Below the pieces are notes generated by a model. It saw only the letters and a list, made by a program, of their open reading frames with translations, did not search any database and had not been told where the DNA came from. Position numbers and translations under genes: made by a program. From Alphaproteobacteria bacterium (GTDB taxonomy: Bacteria; Pseudomonadota; Alphaproteobacteria; Micropepsales; Micropepsaceae), in assembly GCA_021325375.1 (NCBI GenBank), contig JAJPHG010000033.1, positions 230 through 64,229 on the forward strand: a stretch of DNA of 64,000 nt, given 5' to 3'. Below, piece by piece: positions 16,807 to 25,879 of the stretch (position 1 is the stretch's first letter; each line of letters starts with the position of its first letter).

Positions 16807-19512
16807 ATGGCGATGACCGTTGCTGACGATCGCCCCTCGCCCGAGGCGCTTCTTGCCCAGGCGAAAAAAGAAGGTCGCGGCAAGCTCAAGATATTTCTCG
16901 GCGCCGCGCCCGGCGTCGGCAAGACGTTCGAGATGCTGTCCCAGGCGCGCCAGCGCCGGCTCGAAGGCGTCGATGTCGTCATCGGCGTCGTCGAGACCCA
17001 CGGACGCATCGAAACCGATGCTCTGACGAAGGGCTTCGAGTCCATCCCGAAAAAGCGCTCGCTTTACAAGGGGCGCGTGGTCTCCGAGATGGACCTTGAC
17101 GCCGTTCTTCAGCGCCGGCCGGGACTCGCATTGATCGACGAACTGGCGCACACCAACGCGCAAGGCGCCCGCCATCCCAAGCGTTATCTCGATGTCCAGG
17201 AGATGCTCGCGGCGGGAATCGACGTCTACACGACCGTCAACATCCAGCACATCGAGAGCCTGAACGACGTCGTGGCCCAGATCACGCGCATCCGCGTGCG
17301 CGAAACCGTGCCCGACGAAATCCTGGACGAAGCGGACGAGATCGAGTTGGTCGATACGACCGCCGACGATCTCCTGCAGCGCCTGCGCGAGGGCAAAGTC
17401 TATGTGAAGGCGCAGGCCGAACGCGCTCTGAAGCATTTCTTCTCGCCCGGCAACCTCACCGCCTTGCGCGAGCTCGCGCTGCGCCGGACGGCTCAGCGCG
17501 TCGACCGCGATATGACGGGCTATCTGCGGGCGCATGCGATCGGCGGTCCCTGGCCGGCCGGCGAACGCATCCTGGTGTGCCTAAACGAGCACCCGTCCTG
17601 CGCGGAATTGGTACGCCGGGCTCGAAGGCTGGCCGACAGCTTCAAAGCCACCTGGACCGCGGTCTATGTCGAAGGCTCCAGGCATCTGGCGCTGAGCGAA
17701 ATCGAAAAGGACCGCATTTCCGATACGATGCGCCTGGCGAAACGTCTTGGAGCCGAAGCCGTCACGATCCCGGGACGCGACATCGCGCCGGCCATCCTGG
17801 AATTCGCCCGCAAGAACAACGTCACGCAGATCCTCATCGGAAAGTCCGCGCGCTCGCGCTGGTTCGAGATGCTCCACGGCTCGGTCGTTCGGGACCTCAT
17901 GCGCGAAAGCGGAGCCATAAGCATCATCGCCGTGATGGCGGAGGGCGATGCCGTCGGCCCGAAATCCGTCGCGACCGCGCGCAGGCCCGAAGGCGTGGCA
18001 TGGCGGAACTACGCCTGGAGCGCATTGGCGGTCGCCGTCACGGTGGGCGTGGCCTGGCTGGTCAATGCCGTCATGGCGCACGCGCTTGGCAGCGTGGGGA
18101 TGCTGTTTCTCGTGCCTGTTCTGCTGAGCGCGATCTGGTTCGGCCTCAGACCGGCGCTGCTGACGTCGTTCGTCAGCGTGATGGCTTACAATTTCTTTTT
18201 CCTGCCGCCGCTCTACACGTTCACGATCGCGGACCCCAACAATTGGCTGTCCTTCGCGGTGCTTCTTCTTGTGGCGATCACCGCCGCGAATCTGGCGTCG
18301 CGCGTCCGAGACCAGGCCAATCTGGCGGCCCTGCGCGCCTCGATCGCGGGGCAGCTCTACCAATTCACCGGCAAGCTCGCGGCCATCGCGCGCCTCGACG
18401 ACATTCTTTGGGCTGCGGCCTTCCAGATCGCTTCGATGCTGAAATCCAACGTCGTGATCCTCCTGCCCGACCCCGGTACCAAGCGGCTTGAGATCCGCAG
18501 CGGCTATCCGCCGGAGGACGAGCTCGACGCTCAAGACTTGGCTGCGGCGGCGTGGTGCTGGGAGAAGGGCACCGCAACCGGCCGCAACGCGGAAACGCTC
18601 CCGGGTGCCAAGCGTCTCTTTCTTCCGATGCGGACGGGGCAGGGGCTGGTGGGCGTGATCGGCCTTTTGAGCCAGGACGGGCGGGGGCTGCTTTCGCCCG
18701 ACGAAAGGCGCCTGCTCGATTCGCTTCTCGACCAGACCGCGCTCGCGATCGAGCGCTCGCAACTCGTCGAACGCGTGGACGAGGCCCAGGTCCGTGCGGA
18801 AGCCGACAAGCTGCGCGTCGCGATGCTGAGCTCCCTCTCGCACGACCTGCGCACGCCGCTCGCGACGATCCTCGGCGCATCCACGTCGCTGCTGTCCGGC
18901 GCCGGATTGTATGACGCGCAGCAAACCGCCGACCTGCTTTCGACCGTCCGGGAAGAAGCCGAGCGGATGGACCGTTTCATCGGCAACCTGCTCGACATGT
19001 CGCGCCTCGAAGCGGGCGTGCTCGGCGTCAAGCCGGAGGTCGTCCAGGTGCAGGAATTGGTGGCGTCCGCGATCAAGCGCCTGTTGCGCCGGCTCTCGGA
19101 GCATCGGGTCGACGTGGCGCTGCCCGAGAATCTGCCTTTGGTGTCGGTCGACCCGCTGCTCCTGGAACAGGCGTTGGTCAACCTGCTCGACAACGCCGCG
19201 AAATACGCGCCGTCCTCCTCCGTCATCCGCGTTCGCGGGGCCGCGGAGAAGTCGCGCGTGATCCTCATGATCGAGGACGAGGGATCCGGCATCCCGGCGG
19301 ACGACCTGCCGCACATCTTCGACAAGTTCTATCGCGCCAAGGCCGCCGATCGGAGAATCGCCGGAACGGGTCTTGGCTTGGTCGTGGCCCGCGGCTTCGT
19401 GGAAGCCTTCGGCGGCACGCTCGACGCGGCGAACAGGCCGGGCGGCGCAGGGGCTGTGCTGACGGTTTCCCTGCCAAGGGCGACGGCATTGGGGGGCGGC
19501 GATGGCGACTAG
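16807..19512 (+). CDS. kdpD: Sensor histidine kinase KdpD
   Basis: GKLKIFLGAAPGVGKT, USP domain, 4 TM, GAF, SHDLRTPL H-box, GTGLGL. Confidence 0.98.
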   Translation: MAMTVADDRPSPEALLAQAKKEGRGKLKIFLGAAPGVGKTFEMLSQARQRRLEGVDVVIGVVETHGRIETDALTKGFESIPKKRSLYKGRVVSEMDLDAVLQRRPGLALIDELAHTNAQGARHPKRYLDVQEMLAAGIDVYTTVNIQHIESLNDVVAQITRIRVRETVPDEILDEADEIELVDTTADDLLQRLREGKVYVKAQAERALKHFFSPGNLTALRELALRRTAQRVDRDMTGYLRAHAIGGPWPAGERILVCLNEHPSCAELVRRARRLADSFKATWTAVYVEGSRHLALSEIEKDRISDTMRLAKRLGAEAVTIPGRDIAPAILEFARKNNVTQILIGKSARSRWFEMLHGSVVRDLMRESGAISIIAVMAEGDAVGPKSVATARRPEGVAWRNYAWSALAVAVTVGVAWLVNAVMAHALGSVGMLFLVPVLLSAIWFGLRPALLTSFVSVMAYNFFFLPPLYTFTIADPNNWLSFAVLLLVAITAANLASRVRDQANLAALRASIAGQLYQFTGKLAAIARLDDILWAAAFQIASMLKSNVVILLPDPGTKRLEIRSGYPPEDELDAQDLAAAAWCWEKGTATGRNAETLPGAKRLFLPMRTGQGLVGVIGLLSQDGRGLLSPDERRLLDSLLDQTALAIERSQLVERVDEAQVRAEADKLRVAMLSSLSHDLRTPLATILGASTSLLSGAGLYDAQQTADLLSTVREEAERMDRFIGNLLDMSRLEAGVLGVKPEVVQVQELVASAIKRLLRRLSEHRVDVALPENLPLVSVDPLLLEQALVNLLDNAAKYAPSSSVIRVRGAAEKSRVILMIEDEGSGIPADDLPHIFDKFYRAKAADRRIAGTGLGLVVARGFVEAFGGTLDAANRPGGAGAVLTVSLPRATALGGGDGD

Positions 19513-20194
19513 CCTGCCCAAGATTCTTTTGGTCGATGACGAGCCGCAGATCCGCCGGTTCCTCCATCTCGGCTTGCGCCCCCACGGCTATGACTGCGTA
19601 GAAGCGGGAACCGCGACCGACGCGCTCAGGGTGTTCACGAAGGAACGGCCGGACGTGGTGATCCTCGACCTGGGCCTGCCCGACCGGGACGGTTTCACCG
19701 TGATCCAGCAGATCAGAAGCGCGGGGCTAACCCCGATCGTCGTGTTGTCGGCGCGCAGCGATATCGAAGGCAAGGTCAGGGCGTTGGAACTCGGCGCGGA
19801 TGACTATCTCACCAAGCCCTTCGACATGTCGGAACTCCTCGCCCGCCTGAAGGCGGCGCTGCGCCATGGCTTGCAGACGATCGGTGAAGCTCCGGTATTT
19901 CACACCGGCCGACTGACGGTCGACCTCGTCAAACGGCAAGTCTACCTCGGCGACGCCGAAGTGCGTCTGACGCCGAAGGAGTACAGTCTCCTGCGCTTCC
20001 TGGTCGGCAACGCGGGCAAGGTAGTCACGCATCAGCAATTGCTGAAGGAAGTGTGGGGGCCGGCCCATCTCGAAGACCTGCAGTATCTGCGCGTGCTGAT
20101 GCGGCAATTGCGCCATAAGCTGGAGCCGCAAGGTTCCCCCAATATTCTGGTGACCGAGCCCAGCATAGGTTATCGGCTGTTGCAGCTGCAGTAA
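19502..20194 (+). CDS. kdpE: Response regulator KdpE (OmpR family)
   Basis: Receiver domain (LVDDE, LDLGLPD, KPF) plus winged helix; overlaps the kdpD stop. Confidence 0.95.
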   Translation: MATSLPKILLVDDEPQIRRFLHLGLRPHGYDCVEAGTATDALRVFTKERPDVVILDLGLPDRDGFTVIQQIRSAGLTPIVVLSARSDIEGKVRALELGADDYLTKPFDMSELLARLKAALRHGLQTIGEAPVFHTGRLTVDLVKRQVYLGDAEVRLTPKEYSLLRFLVGNAGKVVTHQQLLKEVWGPAHLEDLQYLRVLMRQLRHKLEPQGSPNILVTEPSIGYRLLQLQ

Positions 20195-20207
20195 GTTCAC
20201 GCATCGA

Positions 20208-20254
20208 TATGGCGGTTTATTTTTCACAACTGAAATTTGAATGGGATTCTTATG
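20208..20254 (+). promoter_or_regulatory. Tandem 14-bp motif pair (33-nt period), site 6
   Basis: TATGGCGGTTTATT (20208) and ATGGGATTCTTATG (20241); the second copy starts 81 nt upstream of ATG 20322. Confidence 0.6.
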
Positions 20255-20321
20255 TGCTCTATCGTTACCTTTACCGGGAGCAGATTCAATCGCGGAAAGG
20301 TTCGCGCGATAGAGGACGATC

Positions 20322-20705
20322 ATGAAGAGCTTCAGAAAACTGCCGGCGATGGTCGTCATCGCGCTGGCGATTGCCGGTTGCGAGACATCGAACGATGCAT
20401 CGGGCGACTACAAGTTCGTGCTTGAGGGCAATCCTGTTTTTGCGAATGGCGGCACGACCATATCGGTCCGCCTCGCCCATGCGGACGGGAGCGCGGTCGC
20501 CGGCGCGGAACTCTACGCCACGCGCTGGGTCAACACCGGTCGGAAGAACACTCCGCGCCGCCTGCAACGCACGGCGATGCACGCAGATGGGCAAGGATCG
20601 TTCACCTACAGCGATGATGATTTGCACGAGGGCGATACGGTTCATCTCGAGGCGAAGCTCATGCCGGAGGGCTCGACGGTCCGCGGATATGTCGAGGTCC
20701 CGTGA
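20322..20705 (+). CDS. Lipoprotein, YtkA/FixH-like Ig fold
   Basis: GAGG RBS; lipobox IAGC; DYKFVL...ISVRL...G.AVAGA.LYATR pattern. Confidence 0.65.
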   Translation: MKSFRKLPAMVVIALAIAGCETSNDASGDYKFVLEGNPVFANGGTTISVRLAHADGSAVAGAELYATRWVNTGRKNTPRRLQRTAMHADGQGSFTYSDDDLHEGDTVHLEAKLMPEGSTVRGYVEVP

Positions 20706-20724
20706 TCGTGGGAGAGGGGCGGTG

Positions 20725-20832
20725 TCAGCGCTCCTCGGATTCGTTCCGATCCCGCTGTTCGAACCACATCGCGTTCAGCACGGCGAAGGTCACCGCGAAG
20801 CCCAGTCCCAGAACCCAGGAGAAATACCACAT
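20725..20832 (-). CDS. cydX: Cytochrome bd small subunit CydX
   Basis: MWYFSWVLGLGFAVTFAVLNAMWFE; directly after cydB. Confidence 0.92.
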   Translation of the reverse strand: MWYFSWVLGLGFAVTFAVLNAMWFEQRDRNESEER

Positions 20833-20844
20833 GACGGTCGTTCC

Positions 20845-21981
20845 TCAGTAAGCGGATTTCGTGTTTTCGGCGATATCGCGTTCGCGCACGGGACCGCGCA
20901 TCACGCGATATGCCCAGGCGGTGTAGGCGAGGACCGGCGGCAGGAAGATCGCGACCGCGCCCAGCATGACCGCCAGCGTCAATTTGCTCGACGATGCGTC
21001 CCACACCGTAAGGCTTGCGCCGGGATGGCTCGACGAGGGAAGCAGGAACGGGAACAGCGCCGTGCCGGCGGTGGTGATCGTGCCTGCGGGCACCAACGCC
21101 GATGCCAGAAACGCGAAGCCGGGCCGGTTGCGCAACGCGGCCGCCAGGATCGCGCCCATATAGGCGACGGTCGCGGCCAGCCATAGCCAGGGATCCGCCG
21201 CGGCGTTGGCGAACCATGCGCCGCTTTCGGTCGCGACCGTCTTGGTCATGGGATTCGACGGTGCATTCGCCACGAGCGTTCCGATGATGCGATAGCCGTC
21301 CATGCGGGAGACCCAAACACCGGCGGCGGTGAACAGGACGACGAAGGCGAGCGCGGCGAAAGGCATGACGCCCCTTGCGCGCATGCGCACATCGCCCTCC
21401 GTCTTCAAATTGAGCCACGCCGCGCCATGCAGGACGATCATGGCGAGGCTGACGGCGCCCACGAGCAGCGCGAAGGGGTTGAGCAGCGACAGCAGGCTTA
21501 TGTCCGGATGGAAGCGCAGGTCGCCGTCGAAACCGAACGGCACGCCGCGGAAGAGGTTGCCGAACGCCACGCCGAACACCAAGGGCGGCACCACGCCGCC
21601 GGAGAACAGACACCAGTCCCACAGGCTGCGCCAGGCCGGCGCGTCGAGCTTGCTGCGGAACTTGAAGCCGACGGGACGCAGGATCAGCGTCGCCAGCACC
21701 AGGAACATGGCGAGATAGAAGCCGGAAAAGCTCGCCGCGTAGAGCGCCGGCCATGCCGCGAAGATCGCGCCGCCGCCCAGGATGAACCAGACCTGGTTGC
21801 CCTCCCAAACCGGCCCCACCGTGTTGATCGCGATCCTGCGCTCCACATCGTTGTGGGCGACGAAGGGCAGCAGCGCCGCCGTGCCGAGATCGAAACCGTC
21901 CATGACCGCAAAGCCGATGAGCAGAACGCCTAAGAGCGCCCACCAGATCAGCCGAAGCGTGTCGTAGCTCATCGCATTCAC
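20845..21981 (-). CDS. cydB: Cytochrome bd ubiquinol oxidase subunit II
   Basis: MDGFDLG, GPVWEGNQVWFILGGGAIFAAWP and LTVWDASSS motifs; GTGA overlap with the cydA stop. Confidence 0.97.
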   Translation of the reverse strand: MNAMSYDTLRLIWWALLGVLLIGFAVMDGFDLGTAALLPFVAHNDVERRIAINTVGPVWEGNQVWFILGGGAIFAAWPALYAASFSGFYLAMFLVLATLILRPVGFKFRSKLDAPAWRSLWDWCLFSGGVVPPLVFGVAFGNLFRGVPFGFDGDLRFHPDISLLSLLNPFALLVGAVSLAMIVLHGAAWLNLKTEGDVRMRARGVMPFAALAFVVLFTAAGVWVSRMDGYRIIGTLVANAPSNPMTKTVATESGAWFANAAADPWLWLAATVAYMGAILAAALRNRPGFAFLASALVPAGTITTAGTALFPFLLPSSSHPGASLTVWDASSSKLTLAVMLGAVAIFLPPVLAYTAWAYRVMRGPVRERDIAENTKSAY

Positions 21982-23528
21982 TCCGTCACAGCTTCAGCGG
22001 GGCGCGAGGCGGGAACGACGGCCGTCTGCGGTCCCAGGCGGATATATTTCGTCAAGAGATAGACGTCCGCCACCAGCAGCGCGGAATAGAAGACCACGAA
22101 GCCGATCAGGCTGAACAGCACGTTGCCCGGATCGGTGTTGGACACGCCGAGCGCGGTGGGCAGCACGCCCTCGATCACCCAGGGCTGGCGGCCGTACTCG
22201 GCGACGATCCAGCCGAGCTCCGCCGCGAACCAGGGCAAGGGCAGGGTGAACAGCGCGGCTTTGAGGAACCAGCGGTAGCGGTCGAGCTGACGCTTGGCCG
22301 AGAGCCAGAACGCGAGCGCGAAAAGCGCGATGAACCAGAAGCCGATCCCCACCATGACGCGGAACGACCAGAACAGCACCGGCACGTTCGGGATGGTGCT
22401 CGCCGCGGCGGTGCGGATGTCGCCCTCCGTCGCATTCTCGATGTCGGGGCGTATGCGCTTGAGCAGCAGCGCATAGCCGAGATTGCCGACATGGGCATCG
22501 AGCGTGGCGCGCAAGGCGGCGTCGCGCGGTCGGGTCTTGACGGCCTCTAGCGCGCGATAGGCGATCAATCCATCGCGGATCCGGTCATGGGCCAGCCCGA
22601 CCAGCTGCGCGATGCCGGGCACGGGCTTGTCGACCGAGCGGGTCGCGATCAGGCCGAGCATCCATGGGACTTTGATCTCGTAGCGGGTCGTATGGGTCGC
22701 GAGATCCGGCAGGCCGAACACGGTGAAGGAGGCCGGCGCCGGCTCGGTGTTCCACATCGCCTCGATCGCGGCGATCTTCATTTTCTGATTGACGCCCGCC
22801 GTATACCCCGATTCATCGCCGAGGACGACGACGGAGAGCGCGGAAGCCAGGCCGAAGCTCGCCGCCACCGTCATCGAGCGCTTTGCGATCTCGGCGTGCC
22901 GGCCGCGCAGCAGATACCACGCGCTGATCGCCATCACGAAGACCGAGCCCGTGACGTATCCCGCGCTCACGGTATGCACGAATTTCGCCTGCGCCACCGG
23001 GTTGAACAGCACGGCCATGAAGTCGGAGACTTCCATGCGCATGGTGTCGGCGTTGAAGCGCGCGCCGACCGGATACTGCATCCAGCCATTGGCGATCAGG
23101 ATCCACAGCGCCGAGAGATTGGTGCCGATCGCCAGCGCCCATGTCGCGATCAGATGCTGCACCTTGGTAAGCCGTTCCCAGGCGAAGAAGAACAGGCCCA
23201 CGAAGGTCGCTTCCAGGAAGAACGCCATCAGGCCTTCCATGGCGAGCGGCACGCCGAACACGTCGCCCACATATTGGGAGTAGTAGGCCCAGTTGGTGCC
23301 GAACTGGAACTCCATGGTGATGCCGGTCGCAACTCCCATGGCGAAATTGATGCCGAACAGCGCGCCCCAGAACTTCACCATCTCGCGCCAGATCGGCCGG
23401 CCGGTCATCACATAGACCGTTTCCATGATTCCGAGCAGGACCGAAAGCCCCAGCGTCAGCGGCACGAAGATGAAGTGGTAAAGTGCCGTTGCCGCGAATT
23501 GCAGGCGCGAAAGCTCAACGATGTCCAT
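21978..23528 (-). CDS. cydA: Cytochrome bd ubiquinol oxidase subunit I
   Basis: LSRLQFA..ALYHFIFVP, EFQFGTNW, Q-loop QKMKIAAIE, GWIVAEYGRQPW. Confidence 0.98.
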   Translation of the reverse strand: MDIVELSRLQFAATALYHFIFVPLTLGLSVLLGIMETVYVMTGRPIWREMVKFWGALFGINFAMGVATGITMEFQFGTNWAYYSQYVGDVFGVPLAMEGLMAFFLEATFVGLFFFAWERLTKVQHLIATWALAIGTNLSALWILIANGWMQYPVGARFNADTMRMEVSDFMAVLFNPVAQAKFVHTVSAGYVTGSVFVMAISAWYLLRGRHAEIAKRSMTVAASFGLASALSVVVLGDESGYTAGVNQKMKIAAIEAMWNTEPAPASFTVFGLPDLATHTTRYEIKVPWMLGLIATRSVDKPVPGIAQLVGLAHDRIRDGLIAYRALEAVKTRPRDAALRATLDAHVGNLGYALLLKRIRPDIENATEGDIRTAAASTIPNVPVLFWSFRVMVGIGFWFIALFALAFWLSAKRQLDRYRWFLKAALFTLPLPWFAAELGWIVAEYGRQPWVIEGVLPTALGVSNTDPGNVLFSLIGFVVFYSALLVADVYLLTKYIRLGPQTAVVPASRPAEAVTE

Positions 23529-23688
23529 GACCGTTTTCCGCTGTCGGTTGGGGGAAGAGGCGGGTTTCGAGCGAAGGCGGCGCCAAACGGCTCTGCGGCG
23601 CGAAGAACAGGTAGAAGATCAGCGAGAGCCCCGCGGCCTTGAGCGCCAGCAGGATCAGGATTTCGCGGCGAAGAACGCGCGGGAACAT
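23515..23688 (-). CDS. cydP: Putative cytochrome bd small accessory protein (CydP-like), 57 aa
   Basis: MFPRVLRREILILLALKAAGLSLIFYLFFAP; a single TM with the LRREI..L..K pattern; overlaps the cydA start. Confidence 0.75.
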   Translation of the reverse strand: MFPRVLRREILILLALKAAGLSLIFYLFFAPQSRLAPPSLETRLFPQPTAENGHGHR

Positions 23689-23873
23689 GTTCGGTGGACA
23701 CCTTTGCCGTCATGCGCAAGATGGACCGGCGACAAACGCTCGCTTTAAAAATACCATACTGCAGCCCGCCGTGGATGGCGACCACGTCACGATAGCTATG
23801 CGGTGCGCGAGACTGGACTCGGTGTGAGCCGTGCTGGGCCGAGCGGCAAAGAGTTTGCGCCTGAGACTTCAGC

Positions 23874-24551
23874 TTAGTCCAAAGTCGACCGGAGCGCGAT
23901 GCGTTCCATCGCCGGTCCGCCGCGCGGGCGATAGAACATGTGATTTCCGATCTGCGCGGTGGGAATCAGCCTTTTGCTCCAAACCGGGCTCACCTGCACC
24001 GCGTGATAGTTGATCGCCTCGCCGGTCGCGTTGGTGAGCATCTCCTCGCCCGTCAAGATCCGGGCGGCGAGCCGCTCGGCACTGCGCCAGTCCGCCGGCG
24101 ATCTGGATTTGTAGCGCGAACCGTCGCAAGCAAAGGAGAACTGGCACCCGAGCCTCGGCGCGCCTTCATAGACGACTTGGCAGATGGAATGGCCGTACGC
24201 GCCGCTATGCAGCCTGTTCAGAACCACCTCCGCCACGGCCTTCTCCCCGGCGGCACCTTCCCCGCGTGCCTCGTAATATATCGCCTCCGCGAGGCAGCGA
24301 TGCTGAGCGAGCAGGTTCGCGGTCGTGTCGCGGCTTGCATTCGTCTGCGCGGGCGCAACGGCGGGAGGCAGCCGAATGTATTCGACCACCTTGTCCATCA
24401 TATGCACGATGTGCGTCGTGGTCGATGCGCGCGCCAGACCGAACATCGCACCCCCCAGCGCAGCCATGCCGATGAATACCAGGACCAGAACGCGGTCCGC
24501 CCTGCCATTGGCCGAGCGCCAGTAGAGTTCCGACAGGCTTCGTGACGTCAC
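23874..24551 (-). CDS. Cell wall hydrolase (SleB/Hydrolase_2 family); start uncertain
   Basis: CLAEAIYYEARGE, AVAEVVLNR, CQFSFACDG and IGNHMFY motifs; N-terminal TM; GTG start assumed at 24551. Confidence 0.88.
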   Translation of the reverse strand: MTSRSLSELYWRSANGRADRVLVLVFIGMAALGGAMFGLARASTTTHIVHMMDKVVEYIRLPPAVAPAQTNASRDTTANLLAQHRCLAEAIYYEARGEGAAGEKAVAEVVLNRLHSGAYGHSICQVVYEGAPRLGCQFSFACDGSRYKSRSPADWRSAERLAARILTGEEMLTNATGEAINYHAVQVSPVWSKRLIPTAQIGNHMFYRPRGGPAMERIALRSTLD

Positions 24552-25065
24552 GCGACTTCTCCGCGGGCTTGGGCCTTCATATTGCCGCGCACGCGATAAG
24601 GGCGATGCCAATCGGTATCCCCCGTACGATTGGCGCGAGGGGCTTGGCGGCGTGAACCTTTCCTCCAGATGCCCACGCAGGAGATCCGGTTCGTTCCCGG
24701 TTCGCAGCGACGCCAGGCCGAAGGTATGAACGAGAACTCGCCGCGGCGATGTCTGGGGGTGAAGGCGTCTTTCGACCGTGCAATGGGCTTGGCGTTGCGG
24801 CTCGGAACCTTGGCGCATACGGCCCGCGCGGATGATGTGGTCATCGCATTCTCCGATGTAGAGCGCGCTTCTCGCGCCATGGCGCGGTGTATGGCTAATG
24901 CGCCGTAAGCTTGCATTGCGATTTGTCATCGCTAACGCCCGGCGAGCGCGACGATAGGTGAAACTGCCCATGGAAAACGGTCGGGACCACTGCGCCCACT
25001 TCTCCGTATGAGGACAAATCCCCATTCGCGACTACGCGAATCACCCTAGGTGGAAATCCGCTCTA

Positions 25066-25079
25066 TCGATTTGGATCAA
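25066..25079 (+). promoter_or_regulatory. FNR/FixK box
   Basis: TCGAT-TTGG-ATCAA has 1 mismatch to TTGAT-N4-ATCAA; about 60 nt upstream of the Crp/Fnr gene. Confidence 0.6.
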
Positions 25080-25138
25080 CCTTAATAATGTCTTTCCCAC
25101 GAGACGTTTCTCGTCGTCCAAATGGGAAGAACCAAGAC

Positions 25139-25867
25139 ATGCCGGTTTCACTCAGCGCAGCACGTCACGAACCCGCAGCGCGCGCGCGGTTCGCCGCCCT
25201 CGGCTCATTTTCGCGCACCGACTCCGAAGCGCCCGTGACGCTCAACGACTATCTGCGGGCCATTCATGGCTGCAGCAGCCGGCAGCATTATCGGCGCGGC
25301 GAAACGATTTTCTCGGAAGGCGAGCCGGCGGACCGCGTCTGCAAGGTCATCAGCGGCACGATCAGGCTTTGCCGCTATTCCCCCGACGGCCGGCGCCACG
25401 TCGTCGATTTCGTCAACGCCGGCGATCTGATCGGCTTTCTCGAATGCGCCGATCAGCCCTGGACGGCGGAAGCGGTGACGGACGTCACGCTTGTTTCCTA
25501 TCCGCGCGCCAGCGTCGACCGCCTTGCCGCATCGAATGCGGCGATCCGGACGCGTATCGCGTGCCATCTCTCGGCGGGGCTGCTGGAGGCTCAGCACCGG
25601 CTCTTCGTCCTTGGATGCCAGTGCGCCAAGGAACGCGTCGCCTCATTCCTGGTGCGACAGGGCGACCGCGTCGACCTCATGGCGGGCGAAGCGCTCGACC
25701 TGCCGATGAGCCGTCAGGACATCGCCGACCATCTCGGTCTGACGATCGAAACGGTGTGCCGCGCGCTCTCGGCGCTCAGAAGCGGCGGCCTGATCGCGAT
25801 ACCCAATTCCCATGAGCTGATCCTCAAGGACATGGGCGCCCTGCGCGCCATGGCGATCGAGTCCTGA
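25139..25867 (+). CDS. Crp/Fnr family transcriptional regulator (FixK-like, no N-terminal Fe-S Cys cluster)
   Basis: cNMP-binding fold (GETIFSEGE, DGRRHVVDF); HTH LPMSRQDIADHLGLTIETVCR. Confidence 0.9.
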   Translation: MPVSLSAARHEPAARARFAALGSFSRTDSEAPVTLNDYLRAIHGCSSRQHYRRGETIFSEGEPADRVCKVISGTIRLCRYSPDGRRHVVDFVNAGDLIGFLECADQPWTAEAVTDVTLVSYPRASVDRLAASNAAIRTRIACHLSAGLLEAQHRLFVLGCQCAKERVASFLVRQGDRVDLMAGEALDLPMSRQDIADHLGLTIETVCRALSALRSGGLIAIPNSHELILKDMGALRAMAIES

Positions 25868-25879
25868 AGGCGCGCACCC

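Noticed and set aside
23729-23743. RegA/RegR-like GCGAC-N5-CTCGC upstream of cyd
   Set aside because: GC-rich and imperfect; likely by chance in this genome without a footprinting comparison
23744-23757. ATGGTATTTTTAAA (minus) upstream of cydP resembling the regulon motif
   Set aside because: Three mismatches and no partner 33 nt upstream; equally explained as a -10 element
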